Positions 23,881 to 31,897 of a DNA stretch of 32,000 nt are shown piece by piece. How positions within the stretch are numbered: the stretch's first letter is position 1; the number at the start of each line of letters is the position of its first letter. The position numbers and the translations under genes are program-made. Source of the DNA: Candidatus Saccharimonadota bacterium (GTDB lineage: Bacteria > Patescibacteriota > Saccharimonadia > Saccharimonadales > UBA4665). The stretch lies in the NCBI GenBank assembly GCA_016699955.1, contig CP064993.1, forward strand, positions 210,001 to 242,000, written 5' to 3'. The notes under the pieces are model-generated. The model was not told the DNA's origin. It made no database searches and was given only the letters and a program-made list of their open reading frames with translations.

Positions 23881-23901
23881 TTGGGAGGACTGTCCTCCCA
23901 A
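23881..23901. repeat. palindrome TTGGGAGGAC-T-GTCCTCCCAA immediately upstream of the Y1 transposase gene
   Basis: Perfect 10-bp arms with the same core as 23206..23221. It lies 27 nt from the transposase ATG and about 40 nt upstream of pilB. Confidence 0.8.
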
Positions 23902-23942
23902 AGAATGGTTTGCGGTTGTGGTTTTTGGTATACTTATACGCA

Positions 23943-25766
23943 ATGCGTGTATCAGATAGTTTGGTGGAGAAGCTACTGGCGTCGACTGGAAAGTTCAGCG
24001 ACGAACAGCTTGAGTCTCTTCGCAAACAAGAAAAGAGCGAGAAGAAGCCATTGCAAGATGTGGTTGTTTCGAGCAACACGCTGAGCGAGAAGGAACTGAC
24101 GCAGCTGTATGCCGCCGAGATTGATGTTCCTTTTGTTGAATTCGTGGCTCGTGATTTGCCAAAAGAGGTGCTAGAACTCATTCCCGAACGCGTCGCTCGG
24201 CAGCACCGTGCAGTGGCATTTCAGACCGATGAAGATGGTGTCGTATTTGTGGCCATGGAGGATCCCGATGACGTCCCAGCCATTAGCTTTCTCCAGAAAC
24301 AACTTGGAAAACCAGTCCGTATCCACATCGCAACGACGACGACTGTGCAAAACGCGCTCGATGTCTACAGCGGCGACGCCAGCAACGTGGGCACGGAGAT
24401 TGAACGAGTTATCGCAATTCAGGAAAAGGACGACGGCGATGAGATTGTCGACAAAGCTGATGTGGCAGAAGATTCCCCCATTGCCCAGACGGTTAACCTC
24501 ATCATCGACTACGGTGTAAAAAACAGCGCCAGTGATATACACATTGAACCGCGTGAAAACTTTGTGGTGGTACGGTACCGAGTTGATGGTATTTTGAGGG
24601 AGGTCAATAAACTACCCCGTAAGGTACTCGGCGCCCTGGTGTCGCGCATAAAAATCCTAGCCAACCTCAAGATTGACGAACACCGTGCCCCTCAAGACGG
24701 GCGATTCAAAATAGTCGTAAGTAATCATGTCTACGCACTTCGTGTCTCTACCCTGCCTATAGTTGACGGGGAAAAGGTTGTTATGCGTATCCTCGACGAA
24801 TCAAGCAAGCCCGCCACACTAGAAGACCTTGGCTACTGGGGCAGCGCGCTTGAAGCTGTGCAACAGGCTATTGTACAGCCACACGGCATGGTACTGGTCA
24901 CCGGGCCGACCGGATCTGGCAAGTCTACCAGTCTTTTTTGTATCCTAAGTATGCTTAACAGCCCTGGGGTAAACATCAGCACGGTCGAAGACCCTGTGGA
25001 ATACCGAATATTTGGAGCCAATCAGACACAGGTGAACCCACTCGCTGGCATGACCTTTACTAGTGGCCTCCGAGCCCTGCTCCGCCAAGATCCAAACATC
25101 ATTATGGTAGGCGAGATTCGTGACGGCGAAACAGCTGACTTAGCTGTCCAAGCCGCCCTAACTGGCCACCTTGTATTCAGCACCCTCCACACTAATAACG
25201 CAGCCACTTGCCTCCCCCGCCTGCTCGATATGAAGATTGAGCCGTTTCTCATTGCCAGCACTGTCCGAATAGTTATTGGCCAGCGCCTGGTAAGAAGACT
25301 CTGTATTGATTGCCGTGAATCATACACCCCGGATGACGCGCATCTCACAAAACTCTACAAGATATTTCAGTTGAAGACCGGCGACACTATGAAGCGTTTA
25401 CGTGAGCTTGAACAATCCGCACTAGATGCAGGTATCGGCGCAACGAACCCGAGCAAATCAAATGCTGTCGACCCCGCTACCCTTTCCATGTCCACCAGCG
25501 AAATCGTACGATTGTGGCGGGCGCACGAAGATGGTTGTGATACGTGCAACCATACTGGATATCACGGCCGAATAGGCATTTATGAAGTACTTAGGAATAC
25601 CGATGAAATTCAACAGATGATTGTTACTAATTCGACAAGCGACAAGCTTCAGGAACAAGCGTTACTTGATGGCATGCTTACAATGCAAATTGACGGGCTC
25701 GTGAAAGCCTTGCGAGGGCAGACCTCAATAGAAGAAATCTTGCGTGTGACGGCAGAAAAAGCGTAA
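23943..25766 (+). CDS. pilB: type IV pilus assembly ATPase PilB (GspE family)
   Basis: N-terminal GspE-N-like domain, Walker A GPTGSGKST, Asp box, Walker B/His box (IMVGEIRD...TGHLVFSTLHTN), and a tetracysteine motif CIDC...CDTC. Start placed at the ATG at 23943 (MRVSDSLVEKLL); the track start is a TTG at 23910. Confidence 0.9.
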   Translation: MRVSDSLVEKLLASTGKFSDEQLESLRKQEKSEKKPLQDVVVSSNTLSEKELTQLYAAEIDVPFVEFVARDLPKEVLELIPERVARQHRAVAFQTDEDGVVFVAMEDPDDVPAISFLQKQLGKPVRIHIATTTTVQNALDVYSGDASNVGTEIERVIAIQEKDDGDEIVDKADVAEDSPIAQTVNLIIDYGVKNSASDIHIEPRENFVVVRYRVDGILREVNKLPRKVLGALVSRIKILANLKIDEHRAPQDGRFKIVVSNHVYALRVSTLPIVDGEKVVMRILDESSKPATLEDLGYWGSALEAVQQAIVQPHGMVLVTGPTGSGKSTSLFCILSMLNSPGVNISTVEDPVEYRIFGANQTQVNPLAGMTFTSGLRALLRQDPNIIMVGEIRDGETADLAVQAALTGHLVFSTLHTNNAATCLPRLLDMKIEPFLIASTVRIVIGQRLVRRLCIDCRESYTPDDAHLTKLYKIFQLKTGDTMKRLRELEQSALDAGIGATNPSKSNAVDPATLSMSTSEIVRLWRAHEDGCDTCNHTGYHGRIGIYEVLRNTDEIQQMIVTNSTSDKLQEQALLDGMLTMQIDGLVKALRGQTSIEEILRVTAEKA

Positions 25767-25876
25767 TAAACAAGGAAGGGGCCGTGACGAGCAAGAACTT
25801 GCTTATCTTATAAACTAGGTACGTCATAGTAGAATCTATGGTATCGGGTCGCAAGTTGCGCTACTATTTAAAGCAT

Positions 25877-27088
25877 ATGCTCTTTACCTATAAAGCTCTG
25901 CGAAAAGACAATTCCGACGTATCGGGCACTATTGAAGCCGCCGACCACGAAGCGGCTATGGCTGCGCTCGCTCGCCAAGGGCTACGCCCCCTGCTAGTCT
26001 CAGCTACCGCTACAAAAAAACGCTTTGGCTTTAATAAAAGAGTCAAAAGTAGCGATATGGTGATATTCACTCGGCAGCTGTCCACAATGATTTCTGCCGG
26101 TGTGCCAATTGCGCGAGGGCTCTCAACCCTCCAAGAAAGCGCCGACAGCGCTTACTTCCGTGAAATTCTTGGCAAAGTAACCAAAGATATTGAAGGTGGA
26201 ACACAGCTCGGCGATGCATTCGCAAAATTCCCTAATATTTTTGATGAGGTCTATGTAAACATGGTTCGGGCCGGTGAAGAAGGGGGCATACTAGACGACA
26301 TCCTGAAACGCCTCGCCGTTCAAGTTGAGCAAAACGCAAGCATAAAAAAGAAAATTAAGAGTGCCATGGCATATCCGGTAGTAATTCTGAGCATTACGGT
26401 TGTGGCTTTTTTTGGGATTATGTTTATCCTCATGCCAAAAATATCAAAAATTCTACTCGACTTGGGTGGGCCAAATGCAAAACTGCCTGTCTACACGCAG
26501 ATATTATTAGACTTGAGTCATTTCAGCCGCAAGTACGCTTACATCATGATTCCGGCTATGGTTCTGGTAGTATGGGCAATCCGGCGGTACATACGGACTC
26601 CAAAAGGAAAATATCAATTTCATTCTTTGTTACTTCGCCTACCTATCGTAAAGACTATTGTCACTAAAATAGCAATCGCACGTTTTTCCCGAACTTTCGC
26701 CTCACTCATGTCTGCCGGCGTGGGCGTGCTTGATTCGCTATCAGTTACAGGGGGCGCCATTGGCAACAAAGTTATCGAAAAGGAACTCGCCGAAGCAGCC
26801 GCCGAGGTAAAGAATGGCAAACAGCTATCTGAAGTAATCGGTCAGAGTCCACATTTTCCACGAATAGTCGCCCAAATGCTTGCGGTCGGTGAAGAAACCG
26901 GCACAACCGACACCGTACTGATAAAAGTGGCCGATTTTTACGAAGAAGAGGTTGGGAACGCTATCGATGGCCTTGCGTCAGTAATTGAACCTGTGATGAT
27001 ACTTTTCCTCGGCGCTGGGGTCGGGCTAATCGCAGCCAGTGTCATGGGGCCAATTGCCAGCATGAGTAATAACGTCGGTACTAACTAG
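25877..27088 (+). CDS. pilC: type IV pilus platform protein PilC (GspF family)
   Basis: Two GspF-type repeats (FTRQLSTMISAGVPI..., FSRTFASLMSAGVGV...) and three TM regions. Start placed at the ATG at 25877 (MLFTYKALRKDNSDVSGTIEA). Confidence 0.9.
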   Translation: MLFTYKALRKDNSDVSGTIEAADHEAAMAALARQGLRPLLVSATATKKRFGFNKRVKSSDMVIFTRQLSTMISAGVPIARGLSTLQESADSAYFREILGKVTKDIEGGTQLGDAFAKFPNIFDEVYVNMVRAGEEGGILDDILKRLAVQVEQNASIKKKIKSAMAYPVVILSITVVAFFGIMFILMPKISKILLDLGGPNAKLPVYTQILLDLSHFSRKYAYIMIPAMVLVVWAIRRYIRTPKGKYQFHSLLLRLPIVKTIVTKIAIARFSRTFASLMSAGVGVLDSLSVTGGAIGNKVIEKELAEAAAEVKNGKQLSEVIGQSPHFPRIVAQMLAVGEETGTTDTVLIKVADFYEEEVGNAIDGLASVIEPVMILFLGAGVGLIAASVMGPIASMSNNVGTN

Positions 27089-27118
27089 GCGAGTAACCAC
27101 GCGGTATAGATAAAAGAC

Positions 27119-27146
27119 TTGACGTTGTTCCGCTTACGGTTATAAT
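27119..27146 (+). promoter_or_regulatory. strong sigma70-like promoter of the major pilin gene (TTGACG-16-TATAAT)
   Basis: TTGACG at 27119-27124 and TATAAT at 27141-27146. The leader of about 60 nt contains a hairpin (CTTACGG-GCTTT-CCGTTAAG) and an AAGGAGGGTGGG Shine-Dalgarno. Confidence 0.65.
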
Positions 27147-27212
27147 CAGAGGCAGACTTACGGGCTTTCCGTTAAGCAATATAAAATCTACATATAAGGA
27201 GGGTGGGCCCCT

Positions 27213-27692
27213 ATGGTTTCACTAAAGAATAAAAAAGGCTTCACAATCGTCGAGCTTTTGATTGTGATAGTCGTCATCGGCATTTTGGCGACGCTTGTTA
27301 TTGTCACATTTACCGGTATCCAACAAAAAGGTCGAAATAGTCAACGTCAAACAGACATTAACGCAATTCAGAGCCAGGCTGAGGCTTTTTACGCGCAGCA
27401 CGGTTTTTACCCCACACTTGCTGACCTACAGATTGCAACAGCTCCTACTTTCATACAGACATATATGAAGGGTCTACCGGCAGATGCTCTTAAGGATCCG
27501 AAGGGACCGACCGTAACCATTACGGGCACTACCGACGCTGATCAATACAGCTACGTTGCAAGCGGAACTGGTTGTACTAACACAACCGCTACAACCATCA
27601 CTGCTGGTGAGCCAGTAGAGAACGGCTGTGATGCCTTTGTCGTGACGGCAACACTTGAGGGCGGAACTACCTACAGCAAGCAAAGCAACTAG
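27213..27692 (+). CDS. pilA: type IV major pilin (prepilin with a class III signal peptide)
   Basis: MVSLKNKKG/FTIVELLIVIVVIGILATLVIVTF carries the G/F cleavage site and Glu5. There is a C-terminal Cys pair (GCTNTT...ENGC). 159 aa, with a strong promoter, Shine-Dalgarno and terminator. Confidence 0.9.
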   Translation: MVSLKNKKGFTIVELLIVIVVIGILATLVIVTFTGIQQKGRNSQRQTDINAIQSQAEAFYAQHGFYPTLADLQIATAPTFIQTYMKGLPADALKDPKGPTVTITGTTDADQYSYVASGTGCTNTTATTITAGEPVENGCDAFVVTATLEGGTTYSKQSN

Positions 27693-27708
27693 CCCTGCTA
27701 CTGTGTTT

Positions 27709-27736
27709 AAAAGAGACCGTTTATTCGGTCTCTTTT
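27709..27736 (+). terminator. rho-independent terminator after the pilin gene
   Basis: AAAAGAGACCG-TTTATT-CGGTCTCTTTT forms a perfect 11-bp stem whose 3' arm ends in TTTT. It lies 17 nt after the stop. The A-run on the 5' side would let it work in both directions. Confidence 0.85.
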
Positions 27737-27913
27737 AATTAAACCGTGGCGAAATGCTGTGACGAGGTATCTTAACCCTATTCCTGTACCAAAATCGGGC
27801 CTGTTGCTAAGTACTTTTAGTGACACTGGGGTAAGAATAGCTCCTTGCCTGGCGAAGAGTGTGCCTAGCGAATCGATAATCCTGCTATAACCTAGCACCA
27901 CTGCTAGCGACAT

Positions 27914-27990
27914 CAGGCGTTAGGCGAGCGATGCGAACCCTACAGAGGCACCCCGCTTAAACACTGCGCTTACGCCGAGATCGGGTTAGG
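27914..27990. repeat. copy B of the ~80-nt conserved intergenic element (copy A at 14741..14822)
   Basis: Same three conserved blocks and same orientation as copy A. It lies in the 317-bp non-coding gap between the convergent pilin and minor-pilin genes. Confidence 0.7.
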
Positions 27991-28053
27991 GGCTACGGAG
28001 TTCATGCGCCTTTTAAGCATGTAGGCGCCGCGGGTATACTGGACGAGAAAGCA

Positions 28054-29664
28054 CTACGGCTTGGTTAACACTTCGCGCCAGCTGAGAATGGTATAGCCTC
28101 CTGTTATGGGGTAGCTCGGCGGTGGTGCATACAGCAGATTGTAATCGTAGTTGGTTTCGGTAATACGAACACCGGAGACGTAACGATTAATTGAACTATC
28201 ATAAACCGCGTCACCACATGCTCCGCGCAGGTAGTTCCAAGTCCAGTATTGCCGCGTCGCCACCGACCCGTAATACACAAACTTTTGATTCGCACCAACC
28301 CAACCACGTGTGCATCGGCTGCTGTCGGCCTTGTATCGGTCCGGCCAAGTCACAGAGCCTAGTTGCGAAAGTGTTGCTGCATTTATTTCGAAGGTAAAAG
28401 AACCCGACGCTGGTGGCGCATACGGCGCTACGATGATATCATCTTCAGCCACGAGCCCTATGGCATCTTCACCATTTTTCACAGAGTACAAAACGTCGTC
28501 TGCAATGTTTATATCAGGGCTATTTGAACTGCTCGCCAGCTGGCCGGCGGCAATCGTAACCCTTCCATGAAATGTTGGGTTTGTACGTACCCATACATTA
28601 TCCTCTACAAATATGACACCAGAGGTTGGGACTGCAATGTTCGATGCAACAGCCGTTCGCGTCAACGCACTCGTGTACGGTGTAAGTCTGTCATTTTCCG
28701 CACTAACCCTAGAGAGGTTATAGGTATTATTCGTGTTAAGCTCAACTAAATAACCCTTTGTCTTACTGAACGTACTTCCATTTCGAGGTATGTAGGCTGG
28801 CGTGCGCGTGGCAGGAACCTGACTACAGGCGTTGCCTAAACTCGCCAACGCTACGGTGGCAGGGTCACTTGCGAAGGCGGTTTTTTTCATAGTACATAGA
28901 CTGGTAGAAATCTGGTTAAAATCAATGCTTGGTTGTGGATACAGCCAGTTCGACTTATCACGAGTCGCACAGTTAGGGTTCAGCACACCAAGACTACACC
29001 AAACACCAGACTTGGATGAGCCGTCTCCACCATACTGAGGCAGAGGAACATACGTCGACCGAGCGCTACCGACAGTGTCGCTATTTGGCCCGTCCATATG
29101 AACCCCTTGGTTCGAGAACACCGGTCCGTTTGCCGCTTCAGTATCGCCAAACCAGAACTCAACATCTGCAAGGAGCGCGTAGCTCGCGAAGGACGTTGCA
29201 CCTATCTGTGCTTCTACTGTTCTCTTTATATTTGACCCCTTTGCCATCCCAATTGAGCGTACATTGACAATGGTTGACCCTGCCCCCTGAGGCTTAATCC
29301 AAAGCGTAAATGTCCCCTGGTCGGTTGCATTACTGTCTATATAGCTGTGCGCATATGGCCCATAGCCAAGTTGCGGATCTGGGGTTGCGGGGGTAGCCTG
29401 ACCGTCTTTATAATCAGTTGGGCTGTGCGCGAGATGCCAAAGATAGTAATTAACACCCGCTTCGGCGACATTAAATGACTGCTGGCTTTTTATATGGTTT
29501 CCGACTGTGGAGAAATTTGTCATAATTACTGTCAGCACCGCAGTAGATATTAATCCAATTGCAATAATAAAGCCAAGGACAGAAGGTAGTGTATAGCCAC
29601 CATGCAATGAATCCTTGCTTTGCTGAGAGCTTCCGGGTGATATGAAAGTTTCTTGTTTTTTCAT
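28054..29664 (-). CDS. large PilX-N-like pilus-associated protein (putative tip/minor component)
   Basis: The N-terminus HGGYTLPSVLGFIIAIGLISTAVLTVIMTNFSTVGNHIKSQQSFNVAEAGVNYYLWHL fits the PilX N-terminal pattern (hydrophobic helix then A-E-A-G). The extracellular part is 536 aa and Cys-rich. An ATGA overlap joins it to the upstream minor pilin gene. Confidence 0.7.
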   Translation of the reverse strand: MKKQETFISPGSSQQSKDSLHGGYTLPSVLGFIIAIGLISTAVLTVIMTNFSTVGNHIKSQQSFNVAEAGVNYYLWHLAHSPTDYKDGQATPATPDPQLGYGPYAHSYIDSNATDQGTFTLWIKPQGAGSTIVNVRSIGMAKGSNIKRTVEAQIGATSFASYALLADVEFWFGDTEAANGPVFSNQGVHMDGPNSDTVGSARSTYVPLPQYGGDGSSKSGVWCSLGVLNPNCATRDKSNWLYPQPSIDFNQISTSLCTMKKTAFASDPATVALASLGNACSQVPATRTPAYIPRNGSTFSKTKGYLVELNTNNTYNLSRVSAENDRLTPYTSALTRTAVASNIAVPTSGVIFVEDNVWVRTNPTFHGRVTIAAGQLASSSNSPDINIADDVLYSVKNGEDAIGLVAEDDIIVAPYAPPASGSFTFEINAATLSQLGSVTWPDRYKADSSRCTRGWVGANQKFVYYGSVATRQYWTWNYLRGACGDAVYDSSINRYVSGVRITETNYDYNLLYAPPPSYPITGGYTILSWREVLTKP

Positions 29665-30284
29665 AAATTTGTCTTTCTATTGCGCAGTGTGACCTGTAGT
29701 TCCATTGTTTGATCACCGCCACCTGCCGCTACAGTTTGCGTGGACATGGTTACCCGAATACCTTTTATAGATATCAAGTCGCCAATTGGCAGCGGAATAG
29801 CCGAGCCCGCTGAGCTTAAGTAGGTAAATAGTGTTCCTCCAGATGGTTGATATAAATCGTCGATAAGCGTAAAAGTTCTCATTTGTGCTGTAATCTGCGT
29901 ACCAAGGGGTGGATTGGCAGTCATTGGCGTCAAATCGGCTTTGAGTTGTTTTTTTGAGCCGGTAGTTACAACATAGTATCGCAAATGAGAAACGTACGTG
30001 TCTGACGGATAAAAATACGCGTAAACAACCAGTTCGTTCGCACCGGCCGAAACAACCTGAGTTGTGCCACGAAGGACGTTACTGACGCGACTAACCTGAT
30101 GGTCGAGGTCAGTAAAACCCGTTGCATCCTTTTGCAAGTCTAGGTAGCTGAACAAACTCGTACGGAAAAATACCATGAACGTGACGCTCAATGTGGCGAT
30201 AAGCGCTATCGTAATCATCAGCTCAACAAGTCCAAATCCGGCCTCGCTACAACGAGCTTGTGTCTGAAACTTATGGTGTGACAC
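29661..30284 (-). CDS. type IV minor pilin (prepilin-type N-terminal cleavage/methylation domain)
   Basis: Start placed at the GTG at 30284 with GGAGG 6 nt upstream. The resulting leader is (M)SHHKFQTQARCSEAG/FGLVELMITIALIATLSVTF. The track start at 30332 would give a 32-aa leader lying inside the upstream gene. Confidence 0.75.
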   Translation of the reverse strand: MSHHKFQTQARCSEAGFGLVELMITIALIATLSVTFMVFFRTSLFSYLDLQKDATGFTDLDHQVSRVSNVLRGTTQVVSAGANELVVYAYFYPSDTYVSHLRYYVVTTGSKKQLKADLTPMTANPPLGTQITAQMRTFTLIDDLYQPSGGTLFTYLSSAGSAIPLPIGDLISIKGIRVTMSTQTVAAGGGDQTMELQVTLRNRKTNL

Positions 30285-31818
30285 TGAGACCTCCGAGTGG
30301 AGTGGTTGGAAGCAAAAGACTGCCAGCTGCATTTGTAACCGTCATCTGTACGGGCGCTCCCACGGCCAGTGAGCTAAAATCATACTCACAGCTACGCTGC
30401 GTACTACTACCACTACAAGCGCTGCCTGAATATGTCGTGCTGCCTTGAGTAAATGTTATCGAAGCGCCGGTAAGATTCACGCCTTTGATTGTCACCGTCA
30501 GGTTCGCTTGACCTCCACCAGACATGCTGATACTGCCTGGCTCAACCGAGGAAACCCTTGGGAAAGCGCTGTTAGTGGTTAGCATGAGGCGTACTTTTTG
30601 CGTGTACGACACGCCTCCGTAGTCAAACATTGGACTAGGCGGATTCGTCACATCGTACTGAGGGATGGTAATTGGGCGTAGTGGATTTTCTCCACCATAG
30701 GGTACGGCTGCTGCAAGATAGTATGTCGTAGATCCAACGACGCAGCTGGTTGCTCCCGCATCTCCACAAAACGTATAGCCATTAATCGGAACAAGGTTTT
30801 GTACGCCAACCATTCCGTCAGCACCGGTCAACGGGCGTGTATCAGCAGGCGTCAGGCTGTCATAATAGTAGGCGGTGTCTGTAACGAGCGTGTACTTTTT
30901 ATACCCACCCTTCATGTACACTCTCACGTTCGGCAGAGCTGCCCCAGACGTATCGGTTGTTTCCAATATCAGGCTGTTTGACGTCCCCATTTTTGCGATA
31001 GCAAGCGTAACGTAGGAAGATTGCTGGGCAATTACCGACAACTTGGGGTACACGGGCTGGAGCGAGCCGCTCGACCCAATGGTAGTTATAGATGAATAAC
31101 CCGACTTGGTTGCCGTGACGACATAGTCGGCGGCGCTATCTGGTGGCATGCCATAAAAAATTGACGTCCCACCCGCGTCGGTCGTGTCGCCGAGATTAAC
31201 GATTGGGCTAGTCGTGCTGTTGGTGAGCGTTACAGTAGCACCGCTTACCGGTGTACCGCTCGGGTCAGTCACTGTTACAAAAATTGCTCCTGTGTTACTG
31301 GCCGTTTCAGCAACTCTGGCTGATATTTGTGTATCCACTACTGCAAGACGCGTGCCAGTCCTATCAACAACAACGACGTTCACCGTTTTATAATCGGCGG
31401 GGTTGGTGTCTAATGCTGGAGCGCCGCTTGGTGGAGGATAGTTACGACAGTACTTTTGCTTTGTCGCAATGTTTGGGTAGGATCCACAGCCGTCGTAAGC
31501 ATCATCGGCATAGTTAATCCCTGTTGTAGTAGTGTACCTCACGCCGTTTAATGTTTCCGTCTTTGTCGCCGGTAACAGTGTCGGGGCAAGAATACTCCCC
31601 CCGACAACGGCCAGGCTATCATACGGCAGAGATTTTAAGTACTCCATCTGATTTGTTGCGAGGGTAATTGCCACCGCGCGTCGTTTTGCGATAATCGTAC
31701 TCCGAACAAGTGAAATAAAAAGGCCAAAAAATGCAACAATCACCAGACTCATCACAAACAGCGACACACTGAGTTCAACCAGTGTGAAACCGGACTGACC
31801 CACCCTTTTACGCTTCAT
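30271..31818 (-). CDS. large PilV-like minor pilin with C-terminal beta-sandwich adhesin-like domains
   Basis: MKRKRVGQSG/FTLVELSVSLFVMSLVIVAF is a prepilin motif. Next comes the PilV-like ITLATNQMEYLKSLPYDSL. A CarboxypepD_reg-like stretch follows (IFVTVTDPSGTPVSGATVTLTN...DTTDAGGTSIFYGMPPDSAADYVVTATKSGYSS), then an IPT/TIG-like stretch (PRVSSVEPGSISMSGGGQANLTVTIKGVNLTGASITF). 515 aa. Confidence 0.75.
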   Translation of the reverse strand: MKRKRVGQSGFTLVELSVSLFVMSLVIVAFFGLFISLVRSTIIAKRRAVAITLATNQMEYLKSLPYDSLAVVGGSILAPTLLPATKTETLNGVRYTTTTGINYADDAYDGCGSYPNIATKQKYCRNYPPPSGAPALDTNPADYKTVNVVVVDRTGTRLAVVDTQISARVAETASNTGAIFVTVTDPSGTPVSGATVTLTNSTTSPIVNLGDTTDAGGTSIFYGMPPDSAADYVVTATKSGYSSITTIGSSGSLQPVYPKLSVIAQQSSYVTLAIAKMGTSNSLILETTDTSGAALPNVRVYMKGGYKKYTLVTDTAYYYDSLTPADTRPLTGADGMVGVQNLVPINGYTFCGDAGATSCVVGSTTYYLAAAVPYGGENPLRPITIPQYDVTNPPSPMFDYGGVSYTQKVRLMLTTNSAFPRVSSVEPGSISMSGGGQANLTVTIKGVNLTGASITFTQGSTTYSGSACSGSSTQRSCEYDFSSLAVGAPVQMTVTNAAGSLLLPTTPLGGLSVTP

Positions 31819-31897
31819 GTTCCTAGTATACCGTACTACTTACGGTTCTCAACTAGCTTATGGTATGCTTAAGTGTGTAATATAAGAAGAATGCTAG

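Noticed and set aside
27132-27164. The CTTACGG / CCGTAAG motif recurs in the pilin promoter spacer and leader, and resembles block 3 of the conserved intergenic element
   Set aside because: A 7-mer is expected about 4 times by chance in 32 kb on both strands, and I noticed unrelated near-matches inside coding regions (for example near 10091 and 24617). The evidence is too weak to call a shared operator.
27707-27913. 68-aa minus-strand ORF in the pilin/minor-pilin gap
   Set aside because: It reads through the pilin terminator hairpin and has no Shine-Dalgarno, no prepilin motif and no recognisable domain. I kept the region as a possible non-coding locus instead.
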